A stretch of DNA of 58,612 nt from Candidatus Woesearchaeota archaeon. GTDB taxonomy: Archaea; Nanobdellota; Nanobdellia; Pacearchaeales; GW2011-AR1. A program made the translations under genes and the position numbers. Under the pieces are notes generated by a model. That model saw only the letters and a list, made by a program, of their open reading frames with translations. It ran no database searches and had not been told where the DNA came from. The stretch is from the NCBI GenBank assembly GCA_964530945.1, contig CAZHCJ010000003.1, forward strand, positions 1-58,612, read 5' to 3'. Of this stretch, positions 26,613 through 35,097 are shown one piece after another; the first letter of the stretch is position 1; every line of letters starts with the position of its first letter.

Positions 26613-27023
26613 ATGCCTTACCAGTGTGTTAGATGTAGCAAAATTATCAAATCCGGAAGTAGAGAAATCATAGACGGATGTGAAAAGTGTAAGAGTCATT
26701 TTTTCTTCTACATTCGTGATGACCAGATTGAAGAAATGAAAAACAAGGTTGTTGAAATTCCTCAGGAAGAGAAAAAGAAAGTTGAGAGAGACATCAGAGA
26801 TATCGCGGGAATTAAAGACCCTGACAGCCCAGTAATTCTGGATATTGAATCTGTTCGTGTGACTGGAGAAGGAAAGTTCGAGCTTGACCTTGTAAAACTT
26901 TTCCAGAAAGACCAACCTCTGATTTACAAGCTTGAAGAAGGAAAATACATAATAGACCTTGCTTCAACAATGAATAAATCAGCAAAAGATATTAAAGAGA
27001 TTCAAGAAGTAGAGGAAAAATAA
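26613..27023 (+). CDS. Zn-ribbon protein (archaeal DUF2072-like)
   Basis: N-terminal CVRC...CEKC four-Cys ribbon followed by an acidic domain. Confidence 0.55.
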   Translation: MPYQCVRCSKIIKSGSREIIDGCEKCKSHFFFYIRDDQIEEMKNKVVEIPQEEKKKVERDIRDIAGIKDPDSPVILDIESVRVTGEGKFELDLVKLFQKDQPLIYKLEEGKYIIDLASTMNKSAKDIKEIQEVEEK

Positions 27024-27031
27024 TTCTTAAC

Positions 27032-28321
27032 ATGGCAAGCAAAAAGATGAAAAAGGTTTTAGATGAAGCTTCCGAGAGGGTCAAACCTACAAAAGAAGAA
27101 ATCTCTGAAATTCAAGAAAATTTAAAAGAAATAAGAAAGAAGATTCTCAAGAGTATCAAAAAGAAAAAAACAAATGTGGAGTTTTTTATAGGAGGGAGTT
27201 ATGCTAAAGGGACTTTGGTTAAAAAAGACAAATACGACATAGATATTTTTTTGAGATTTGATAAAAAATACTCTTCTGAGGATATCTCAAAACTGGCAGA
27301 AAAAATTTTAAGAGATGCAAATTTGCGTTTTGAAATAATTCATGGCTCGAGAGATTATTTTAGAATAAAGATACATGAAACGTTAAGTTTTGAAATTGTG
27401 CCTGTTGTTAAAATAGATATTTACGACGAGGCTGAAAACGTTACTGACCTCTCATATTCTCATGTAGAATATATAAATAAAAAGATTAAAAGAAAAAGGG
27501 TGAAAAATGACGTTAGGCTTGCCAAGGCATTTTGTTATGCGAATGATGTTTATGGGGCCGAAAGCTACATAAAAGGTTTCTCGGGTTATTCATTAGAATT
27601 GCTTGTTTACAACTTTCAAAGTTTTAGAATGTTTCTTAATGAAATGATTAAAGTTAAACCAAAGAAAAAAGAAGTTATTGATATAGAATATCACCACAAA
27701 GGGAGAAAAAATATCTTATTGGACCTCAAGGAAAGTAAACTTCAAAGCCCGGTGATACTTATAGACCCTACATTCAAATATAGGAATGTTTTGGCGGCTT
27801 TAAGCAATGAAACGTTTAGAAAATTTCAGATTGCGGCAAAACGCTTTTTAGAAAAACCCTCATTAAGCTTTTTTGAGAAAAAAGATTTTGATTATGATAC
27901 ATTTAGGAAAAACGCTAAAAAGAAAAAACACGAGTTCCAGATAATAAATATTGAAACAAATAAACAACCTGGAGATGTTGCTGGAAGCAAATTATTAAAA
28001 TTTTACAATCATCTCTCAAAAGAAATCTCTGAATATTTTGTTATTGAAGAAAGTGGATTTGACTACAACAAAAAACAAGCTGCAAAATGCTTCTTTTCTG
28101 TGAGAAAAGAAAGGCGCGTGCTCATAAAAGGTCCAAAACTCAATGACAAGAAAAATGTTAAACGCTTCCAGAAAAAACATAAGAACACTTACAAAAAAAG
28201 TGGTCGCTGGATGGCCAAAAAAATTTTGCCTAAATCCTTAAAAGATTTTGTGGAAAATTGGAAAAAGAAACACAAAGCCAGGATGAAAGAAATGTCAATT
28301 ACTGGTTTGAGTTTTGAATAA
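27032..28321 (+). CDS. cca: CCA-adding enzyme (archaeal class I tRNA nucleotidyltransferase)
   Basis: GGSYAKGTLVKKDKYDIDIFLRF (GS...DxD) nucleotidyltransferase motif. YSHVEYI, AKAFCYANDVYGAE. 429 aa. Confidence 0.85.
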   Translation: MASKKMKKVLDEASERVKPTKEEISEIQENLKEIRKKILKSIKKKKTNVEFFIGGSYAKGTLVKKDKYDIDIFLRFDKKYSSEDISKLAEKILRDANLRFEIIHGSRDYFRIKIHETLSFEIVPVVKIDIYDEAENVTDLSYSHVEYINKKIKRKRVKNDVRLAKAFCYANDVYGAESYIKGFSGYSLELLVYNFQSFRMFLNEMIKVKPKKKEVIDIEYHHKGRKNILLDLKESKLQSPVILIDPTFKYRNVLAALSNETFRKFQIAAKRFLEKPSLSFFEKKDFDYDTFRKNAKKKKHEFQIINIETNKQPGDVAGSKLLKFYNHLSKEISEYFVIEESGFDYNKKQAAKCFFSVRKERRVLIKGPKLNDKKNVKRFQKKHKNTYKKSGRWMAKKILPKSLKDFVENWKKKHKARMKEMSITGLSFE

Positions 28322-28414
28322 CATTATTTTACATAAAACAAAAAATAGAAAGATTTAAATAGATAAAGTTACTTTGTTACTTAGTGGAAAACTAAAACAA
28401 TAGCAAAAAGGAAA

Positions 28415-28666
28415 ATGACGCATAAAACAATAAAAATAAGTGAAGAAAATTACATAAGGCTTTTGGAGATAGCTTCTGATTTGCAAAAGCGTAAAAAAGC
28501 CAAGGTTTCTTTTGACGAAGCTCTTAGCAATATGGAATCTAAAAAACAAAAGAATAAAGATATAATGAAACTTGCGGGAGCTTGGGAAGATATGAATGAT
28601 GAAGAAGCAAAGTCACTTATTAAAGCAATATATGATGAAAGAAAAATTGTGTCTAGAAGATTATAA
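28415..28666 (+). CDS. Putative VapB-type antitoxin
   Basis: 83-aa ORF whose stop overlaps the start of the PIN gene. Confidence 0.55.
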   Translation: MTHKTIKISEENYIRLLEIASDLQKRKKAKVSFDEALSNMESKKQKNKDIMKLAGAWEDMNDEEAKSLIKAIYDERKIVSRRL

Positions 28667-29043
28667 TGGTATGTTTGGATACTGATGTGATAATAAATTT
28701 TTTGAGAAAAGATAAAGAAACGATTTCTTTATTGAAGGAAATTAAAGAAACAGACAAACTGGCCACAACTACGATTAACTCTTTTGAATTGTGGAAAGGA
28801 TTTTACAAAACCGGCAGGGACAAAAAAACAATAATAAATTTGTTAGATTCTATTTCTTTGTTAAAATTAGACGATAAATCAAGTCAAAAGTCTGCTGAAA
28901 TTTTTGAGGATTTAAACTCCAAAGGAAAAATGGTTGATGTATTAGATGTCATGATAGCATCAATTGCAATAACAAATAATGAACCTTTATTGACTTTTAA
29001 CAAAAAACACTTTGAAAGAATTGAGGGTTTGCAGTTAGTTTGA
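28666..29043 (+). CDS. vapC: PIN-domain toxin VapC
   Basis: MVCLDTDVIINFL (first acidic residue), ...ELW..., DVMIASIAI, 125 aa. Typical VapC layout. Confidence 0.85.
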   Translation: MVCLDTDVIINFLRKDKETISLLKEIKETDKLATTTINSFELWKGFYKTGRDKKTIINLLDSISLLKLDDKSSQKSAEIFEDLNSKGKMVDVLDVMIASIAITNNEPLLTFNKKHFERIEGLQLV

Positions 29044-29104
29044 GTGTTGAGCGGATTAAAAATTTAAAACCTTTTTTTAATCATTGTAGTGGTTTAATTA
29101 CTGT

Positions 29105-29563
29105 TTAGAAAATGCCCTGGCCCTCTCCTGATCCTTCATCTTTTAATTTTTTACCTATAATTCTTCCTGCGGGTTCATATTCCTTTTTAATTATATTTGT
29201 TGTAGCACGTCCATCGAACCAATTCCATGTTTTTATTTTTTCTTCAGTCAACAATCCTTCTTGATTGTAAAAACCCATCCTTGCCTCCATGGGATAATAT
29301 CCTACGTGAGGGATATTCCACCCATGGGAAACATCCTGGGTCCTCATCCGTTTAGAATTTTCCCTAAATCTAACATATTCTCCTGAAGGAAGTCTTCTTA
29401 GGTGGTCTATTTCAATGGGGCCTTTTGAAGAATACATAAAAGGTAAGGGTTCTCCAGCTTCTTTAAATTCTGCACCCTCCATTTCTTCTCTAGTAAGTTT
29501 TCTTCCTAGATTAACCTTAATTTTATCCATAACTCTTTCAGATAAATCGTTTACGGATCCCAT
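29105..29563 (-). CDS. Hypothetical protein
   Basis: ORF with the ATG at 29563, 1 nt after the TrmB stop (operonic). No motif recognised. Confidence 0.5.
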   Translation of the reverse strand: MGSVNDLSERVMDKIKVNLGRKLTREEMEGAEFKEAGEPLPFMYSSKGPIEIDHLRRLPSGEYVRFRENSKRMRTQDVSHGWNIPHVGYYPMEARMGFYNQEGLLTEEKIKTWNWFDGRATTNIIKKEYEPAGRIIGKKLKDEGSGEGQGIF

Positions 29564-29564
29564 C

Positions 29565-30365
29565 TTACCTCTTACCTCTCTGTGCGCTGACTGCTTTGTC
29601 GAAAAGCTCTCCAAATGATTCTGCAAAGAAATCAGAATTTATCCATATTGCCATATCCTCGCTTGAACTCTTTTCTCCAGACTTGGTCAGATATAAAAGA
29701 ATTTCTTTTCTGTCTATTATAAAGAACTTTGCCTCGATATCTATTTGAAGTATTTTTGTTTCAATTGCCTTTGAAGCTTTATTTATCAGTTCCTTGTTCC
29801 CTGAAAGAGCAATCTTAATTTTTATATCTTCTTTCTTAAGAATATCTATTGTGTTTTTGAATAATTTTAGTTTTGAAACAAAATCATCTGCATTTGTGCA
29901 AATAATAACTTCCTTTTTTGCCTCTTGAATTATTTCTTTAAGATAATTAGAAATATTTAAGCGTCCTTTTATTGCCGCAGAAACATCCTCGCGTTTAACT
30001 GGATTTATTCCTTCTTCGTAAAGCTTCAAAAGTTTCCCGAACTCTTCTGTTTCCTTAACTTTTCCAAGACTTTTTATCCTTTCTTGGGCATCACGCCTAA
30101 AATTATTTTTGAGCTTTTCAATAACCATTTGTGGTTTAACACCAATATACTTTACTGGCTTGCCAAGTTTAACGATTGCAAACCCTTTCTTTTCCAAGGA
30201 TTCCAAAACATCGTATGTCCTACTTCTTGGCACATTAGATATTTGTGCAATTTGTCCAGCCGAAGCCACACCTTTCCCAAGCAAAGCTAACCAAACCTTT
30301 GTTTCATACAAATTAAGGTCGAAATAATCCTTAATTTTGCTCAACATATCTTGTTTTACTATCAT
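29565..30365 (-). CDS. TrmB-family transcriptional regulator
   Basis: N-terminal wHTH LNLYETKVWLALLGKGVASAGQIAQISNVPRSRTYDVLESLEKKGF plus a TrmB C-terminal domain. Confidence 0.85.
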   Translation of the reverse strand: MIVKQDMLSKIKDYFDLNLYETKVWLALLGKGVASAGQIAQISNVPRSRTYDVLESLEKKGFAIVKLGKPVKYIGVKPQMVIEKLKNNFRRDAQERIKSLGKVKETEEFGKLLKLYEEGINPVKREDVSAAIKGRLNISNYLKEIIQEAKKEVIICTNADDFVSKLKLFKNTIDILKKEDIKIKIALSGNKELINKASKAIETKILQIDIEAKFFIIDRKEILLYLTKSGEKSSSEDMAIWINSDFFAESFGELFDKAVSAQRGKR

Positions 30366-30366
30366 T

Positions 30367-30768
30367 TTAATGGTTTCCTTGATTTTCCATATTTAATTCA
30401 CTTTCCAAACCAGAATCGTTATTTATCTCATCTCGTGTGCATAAACCTTTTATTGCTCCTGCAAAATACATCAATGGAGATAAACCTGCTTCAATTCCCA
30501 TTACACCCGAAAAACCAATTTGGTCAATTAAAGTGTCGGCAGATTCATATTTTTCTTTAGTTCTTCCAATTGCGTTTCTAACTAAATTTTTTCCTTCTGT
30601 ATGTGCCCTATATAAAAGAGGATAATTTCCTTTAAGTTTGGTTTCTGTTGCCCATTTGTCCATATCCCAAGCTTCTTTAAATCCGTATTCTCGTGCGTTG
30701 CTAAAGAAAGTTGAGACTTTGTAATCATGTGCATTTCTCTCGTGCTCAGACATATTATTTGTTATCAT
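30367..30768 (-). CDS. Hypothetical protein
   Basis: 133-aa ORF, first gene of the three-gene minus-strand operon with TrmB. Confidence 0.5.
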   Translation of the reverse strand: MITNNMSEHERNAHDYKVSTFFSNAREYGFKEAWDMDKWATETKLKGNYPLLYRAHTEGKNLVRNAIGRTKEKYESADTLIDQIGFSGVMGIEAGLSPLMYFAGAIKGLCTRDEINNDSGLESELNMENQGNH

Positions 30769-30872
30769 TGTATAGAAGTATAAAATAGGCTTTATAAACT
30801 TTTCTATATGTTGTATTTTGAAAGTAACAACATAATCAAAAGATTTTTAAATTAGGTTTTTGTTCGTGTTTT

Positions 30873-31187
30873 ATGAGAAATGTTATTGGACCTGAAGGAA
30901 GAAAAGACAGATTTTCAAAATACGAAGGAAAATGGATAGCTATTTATCAAAGAGGAATGCAGGCCTCTTTTAGAGGATATTGCAAAGAAGTTGATGAAGG
31001 ATATGCATTATTGAATCCTCATGAAGGGAATGGTTTGGATTCTGAAGGAAATCTCGTGCATATTTTAGTTAATGAAGATTCTGATGTTCTTTTAAGTGAT
31101 AGTACAATAGAAGTGACTACAAGAGAAGTTATCCAGGCCATGTGTGATAGGACAAATAAAAAAAATGATAAAAAAACAGAAGAATAG
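30873..31187 (+). CDS. Hypothetical protein
   Basis: 104-aa ORF. No secure motif. Confidence 0.4.
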   Translation: MRNVIGPEGRKDRFSKYEGKWIAIYQRGMQASFRGYCKEVDEGYALLNPHEGNGLDSEGNLVHILVNEDSDVLLSDSTIEVTTREVIQAMCDRTNKKNDKKTEE

Positions 31188-31188
31188 G

Positions 31189-31614
31189 ATGGAAAAGCAA
31201 ACACACCCTTTAAAACAAGAAATAAATATTAATTTGTTAGATTCTATAATGAGTAAGAGGATGGCCACACGTCTACTGAGAAGCTTTTATGGAAGATATT
31301 GGAATAGGGAAGAAGAAATGCCCAGTAATGGCGAACTCTTGCATTTTTATGATAATTGGATGGAAATAACCCTTTACCCTGAACCAGTTAGTGAAAGCGG
31401 ATGGATAGACCCTCAAGATGATTCCACTTATACCGTAAGAGAAACAAGAGGGATTGGATTTGATGGATTAGGTAAAAAGACCATTAAAAACATGGAGGAT
31501 TATTTTTCTCAAATAGGATTAGGAAAACATGCAGAAAGAGTTGCTGATGCAAACCGGCCAAGGCCTTATTGGAGACATTATAATAACTCTTTCAAACACA
31601 GATACGATAGATAG
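31189..31614 (+). CDS. Hypothetical protein
   Basis: The ATG at 31189 lies 1 nt after the upstream TAG. No motif recognised. Confidence 0.45.
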   Translation: MEKQTHPLKQEININLLDSIMSKRMATRLLRSFYGRYWNREEEMPSNGELLHFYDNWMEITLYPEPVSESGWIDPQDDSTYTVRETRGIGFDGLGKKTIKNMEDYFSQIGLGKHAERVADANRPRPYWRHYNNSFKHRYDR

Positions 31615-31616
31615 AA

Positions 31617-32516
31617 CTACAAAACCAAATAACTAACTAATATTCCTAATAAGATTCCAGCTGTTATGAAAGGCATTGCAGGATAAAACTTCTTTTTTTC
31701 TGATATGAAGAATAAGTATGATAAACCAAGAGTTGCGCCCAACGCAACAAAGATTGCAGACCAAATACCTTTATTTGCAAGCATCACTCCTGCAGTAATT
31801 ATTGGGAAAACTATGTCTCCTCCTCCAAGAACAGCAACATTAACTTTAATTTCTTTTTTCTTAAGCTGTTTTTTACTCAACTTTTTCTTCCAGGTTTTTA
31901 TTTTTATTCGGGTTTTCCTGTCCATGTAGGGAACAAAGAATCCTGAAAATATCTTTAGTTTGTCCATTTGGAACTTTGCCATCTTTTGCATTATTCCTGA
32001 ATGCCAAACCGCCCACATATCATAAATTGAAATAAGGACAAGTAAGGCAATAACCGTCCAAACGCTTAACAAAGGTGTGAAAACTGCCGCAATTCCGGGA
32101 TAAATTGCCAACTCTGTGATATTATGAACCCAAAGATTTCGCTTGAAAACTTTGAAAAAGGCAAGTATTGTTGCGGCTCCTAGTATGATATAATTTTTAT
32201 ATTCAAACACGGGTAAAAAAGCATCCAAGGCTATTCCTAAAGCGAGAATTATCACTCCGAAAAACCAGAGCTTTAGAACTATCTCGACTTTAAATTTTGA
32301 CAATAAGAAGAGTATCGCCACTGCAATCACGAAAGCAATAATTATTTGTGAAAAGAAAATATTGTACTCTCCTGTTGTTTCTGGAGTAGGAGTATCTAAT
32401 CCAAAAGGAAGCATAGTATCAGGTTGTAGATAATGCCCTGCAACATATATTCCTAATGCCTGGGTAATAAGAAACATTGCCAAAATAATTAAAGTTATCT
32501 TTTTGTTATGTTTCAT
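31617..32516 (-). CDS. Presenilin / signal-peptide-peptidase family intramembrane aspartyl protease (A22)
   Basis: Polytopic membrane protein with the YD motif (SIYDMWAVW), the GxGD motif (LGGGDIVFP) and a PAL-like YPAMPF. Confidence 0.85.
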   Translation of the reverse strand: MKHNKKITLIILAMFLITQALGIYVAGHYLQPDTMLPFGLDTPTPETTGEYNIFFSQIIIAFVIAVAILFLLSKFKVEIVLKLWFFGVIILALGIALDAFLPVFEYKNYIILGAATILAFFKVFKRNLWVHNITELAIYPGIAAVFTPLLSVWTVIALLVLISIYDMWAVWHSGIMQKMAKFQMDKLKIFSGFFVPYMDRKTRIKIKTWKKKLSKKQLKKKEIKVNVAVLGGGDIVFPIITAGVMLANKGIWSAIFVALGATLGLSYLFFISEKKKFYPAMPFITAGILLGILVSYLVL

Positions 32517-32570
32517 TTTTCTCTGGAAAAGTGGAGCTCAAAAATTTGTTTAATTTTGTTATGTTTCATT

Positions 32571-32768
32571 CTATTTTATCTTTAGTCGAGGTTTAATTAT
32601 GTAGAGGATTATTATTCCCGTTGCTAAAGAAATCAAAGAGCTTACGAGATAATTATCCTGAAAGAGATATATGTCCATAATCCCCCAAGCGCCTCGCCAA
32701 AAAGCTACTGCAGCCAAAGCAAGCATAAGCGTTAAGAATAAGTTTTTGTGAATCTCTTTTTTATCCAT
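32571..32768 (-). CDS. Small two-TM membrane protein
   Basis: 65-aa ORF with hydrophobic segments. Confidence 0.4.
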   Translation of the reverse strand: MDKKEIHKNLFLTLMLALAAVAFWRGAWGIMDIYLFQDNYLVSSLISLATGIIILYIIKPRLKIK

Positions 32769-32846
32769 TACACATATTAGAAAAATTAGTTTTTAATATT
32801 AACCTTTATCAACAAAATTTAAATCTGATGAAATATTAAATAGCTT

Positions 32847-33056
32847 ATGGGGAAGGGTTTGGAAGAGCTTTCTGAGCAGGACATAGAAGATTTTAGAAGA
32901 GAATTTAAAAGAAACATTAAGATAACTACTGAGAAAATAGATAAAATTAATGATAAATTCGGAGAAATCAATAAAGATTTAAGAATCGTTGACAAACTAA
33001 TCAAATATAAGATATTATCTGGGTTTAAAGATTATGTTAGAAGATATTTTCATTGA
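32847..33056 (+). CDS. Hypothetical small helical protein
   Basis: 69-aa charged helical ORF. Coding status uncertain. Confidence 0.3.
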   Translation: MGKGLEELSEQDIEDFRREFKRNIKITTEKIDKINDKFGEINKDLRIVDKLIKYKILSGFKDYVRRYFH

Positions 33057-33116
33057 ACAAAACTTATTTATTTCAGAATTTAAAAACAGAATTTTAATAA
33101 ACCTAGCCAGCTGAGT

Positions 33117-33197
33117 CATTCGACCATTGCCATTAGAATTCTCAAGCCGGCCAATGCCCGAATTCCAATTCGGGCTGTTGAGATAAGCCTGAGACAG
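33117..33197 (-). repeat. DGR-like template repeat (TR), non-coding
   Basis: 81 nt, 70/81 identical to 33438..33518. Adenine-rich with six AAY triplets. Lies 181 nt downstream of the target gene stop. Confidence 0.8.
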
Positions 33198-33377
33198 CAA
33201 CTTTATAGCCAATTTACCAATTACCACCATAACTTCAATTTTCACAAATAATAGATATAAACGCTACTAATTGTCGCTATTGAATTTTACTAAATAAACT
33301 AGCGTGTGACCCAGCTCTTCACTTATTCAATCATAAGTGTTGGCTAGGAATATTGGAAAGAAAAAAGAATTTAAAAA

Positions 33378-35096
33378 TTATTCTTTGTCAGAAAAGGAAA
33401 AATTCTCGCGAACCTGCGAAGCAGGTTCCACAACAACCACCCGACCATAGCCACTAGAATACTCAAGCCGGCCAATGCCGGAAAACCAATTCGGGCAGCT
33501 GAGATAAGCCCGAGACAGCCCTTCATCTCTTGCAAAATCCCATCTAAAATGATTTATATCAATAATATCCTTTTGTGTCGCCTTACCGGGATTTAACCTT
33601 AATACAAGTCCACCATAGTTTAAACTATGTTTTTCTAAAGAAAGCGCATTAAAACTAATTAATTTTCCTCCATTGGATTCAACATCAAAACCATAATGTG
33701 TCATATCATCATATAAAATTTCTGTAATCAATTTATTTTCTTCTCTTGAATCTTGACGTGTTCTTAAAGCAACCCCCACATCTACATAATTTAAAAGAAA
33801 TCTTAATCTTTTTAAGGATATTTCTTCTAAATCTTGACGTGTTGCAGACCTATAACCCATTTCTTTTAGAACTTTACTTGCGAGAGTTCCTGAAAAAGTA
33901 TTTCCTCCCTGAATAACTCCTCTAAAAGGATTTAATGAAACTCTACTAAAATTTAAAACATCTAAAACTTTAGGGTTTCCAAGCTTACTTGATTCTTCCT
34001 TATATCTTTCTAAAAATTCTTCTCCAAATTCTCCTTTAAGCCTTCTTTTAGATATGGCTTGAGTGTTTGGCTTTAAAATAAGTGGTCCTGCTCTTTCAAG
34101 TTTGGAAACAGGGTAATCTGTTTCTCCACTAATTTCATCTGTAGGAGTCAACGCGGTTTCTTTTGTTTCTGCAGTAGTCAAATAACCTGCTTCCCTTGCT
34201 TGAGAAATCACAGCATCACCCTCGCGGGCTTCTAATCCCATTCCAAGATGCCTATCTAAAGCTTCGAGTGCTTCTTGCGCTGTTTGGTATCTGTTGTCTG
34301 GATCTGATGTCAAAGTATGTAAATAATCTCTCAATTCTTTTGAATAATGAAGTTTACTGGTATCTACTTGTTCCAATCCTCCTTTTCCTTGTTCATATCT
34401 AATGGCCCCAATTTTCTTGGCTAGTGCGCCAGAAACAACCACATTACCTAATGCAACTAAATCTTGGCTAGGATTTTGGTCTACCCCGGAAAATATATCC
34501 ATAGGATAGTAAAAAGCTCTTAATTCAGTATGGGAGGTTCCTTTATTCATATTAACCACATCAAAATCTGAGAGATAGGCGTTTTCTCCGTTAACAAAAA
34601 TATTTCCTGGTTTTATATCTCTGTGAGCCTGAACTATATTGTGTAAATGACTTAAGGCAGAAATATCATCTCTAAGAATCATCTTTGCTTCATCTTCAGA
34701 AAGCGTTCTTCCACGCTTCATCAGCTGTTCTACTGTTTCAGCATCAAGGTATTGCATTGCAGTAAAATACGCAGCCCAGTCTTCTTCTGTTGTTATATCA
34801 AAACCTTCTATGTAAGAAGGAATATTCGGATGATTTCCTGCTTGCTCAAGAACATTCCTCTCTCTTTGGACAAAGTTGAGAATTTTATCAGCATTTGCCC
34901 CATCAAATCTGTCAAGTAAACCATAAGAAGCTATTTTCAATGCAACGGGATTGTCTTCTCTATAGGCAAGCCAAACAGTAGAACCCGAAGGGCCGTGAGA
35001 TCCAGATTCAGACAATTGTCTGTCTAGAGTATAACCTCTTTCAGACAAAGGTTCTCTCATTCTTTCCAATACAGGAGGAAGTTTTGTTTCAGCCAT
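33378..35096 (-). CDS. Ser/Thr protein kinase fused to a C-terminal ~250-aa ligand-binding-type domain that carries the VR (putative DGR variable protein)
   Basis: Kinase motifs VALKIA (Lys), HRDIKPGNIF (catalytic loop), LSDFD (DFG-like). Start set at the ATG at 35096, 1 nt after the RHH gene stop. The C-terminal ...RAYLSCPNWFSGIGRL... resembles the ending of FGE/C-type-lectin-fold DGR targets (recall). Confidence 0.85.
   Translation of the reverse strand: MAETKLPPVLERMREPLSERGYTLDRQLSESGSHGPSGSTVWLAYREDNPVALKIASYGLLDRFDGANADKILNFVQRERNVLEQAGNHPNIPSYIEGFDITTEEDWAAYFTAMQYLDAETVEQLMKRGRTLSEDEAKMILRDDISALSHLHNIVQAHRDIKPGNIFVNGENAYLSDFDVVNMNKGTSHTELRAFYYPMDIFSGVDQNPSQDLVALGNVVVSGALAKKIGAIRYEQGKGGLEQVDTSKLHYSKELRDYLHTLTSDPDNRYQTAQEALEALDRHLGMGLEAREGDAVISQAREAGYLTTAETKETALTPTDEISGETDYPVSKLERAGPLILKPNTQAISKRRLKGEFGEEFLERYKEESSKLGNPKVLDVLNFSRVSLNPFRGVIQGGNTFSGTLASKVLKEMGYRSATRQDLEEISLKRLRFLLNYVDVGVALRTRQDSREENKLITEILYDDMTHYGFDVESNGGKLISFNALSLEKHSLNYGGLVLRLNPGKATQKDIIDINHFRWDFARDEGLSRAYLSCPNWFSGIGRLEYSSGYGRVVVVEPASQVRENFSFSDKE
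33410..33428 (-). other. GC-rich hairpin (8-bp stem GAACCTGC/GCAGGTTC, 3-nt loop) 9 nt 3' of the variable repeat
   Basis: Perfect palindrome read directly from the sequence. Absent at the equivalent position next to the TR. Confidence 0.7.
33438..33518 (-). repeat. DGR-like variable repeat (VR), inside the 3' end of the kinase fusion gene
   Basis: Encodes LSRAYLSCPNWFSGIGRLEYSSGYGRV. Differs from the TR at 11 positions, 10 of them TR adenines. Confidence 0.8.
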
Positions 35097-35097
35097 T

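Noticed and set aside
33015-33245. 76-aa minus-strand ORF from the track (MKIEVMVVIGKLAIKLLSQAYLNSPNWNSGIGRLENSNGNGRM...).
   Set aside because: It starts at GTG and has no independent coding signal. Its only meaningful segment is the 81-nt A-rich copy of the kinase gene 3' end. It is better explained as a non-coding DGR template repeat than as a gene.
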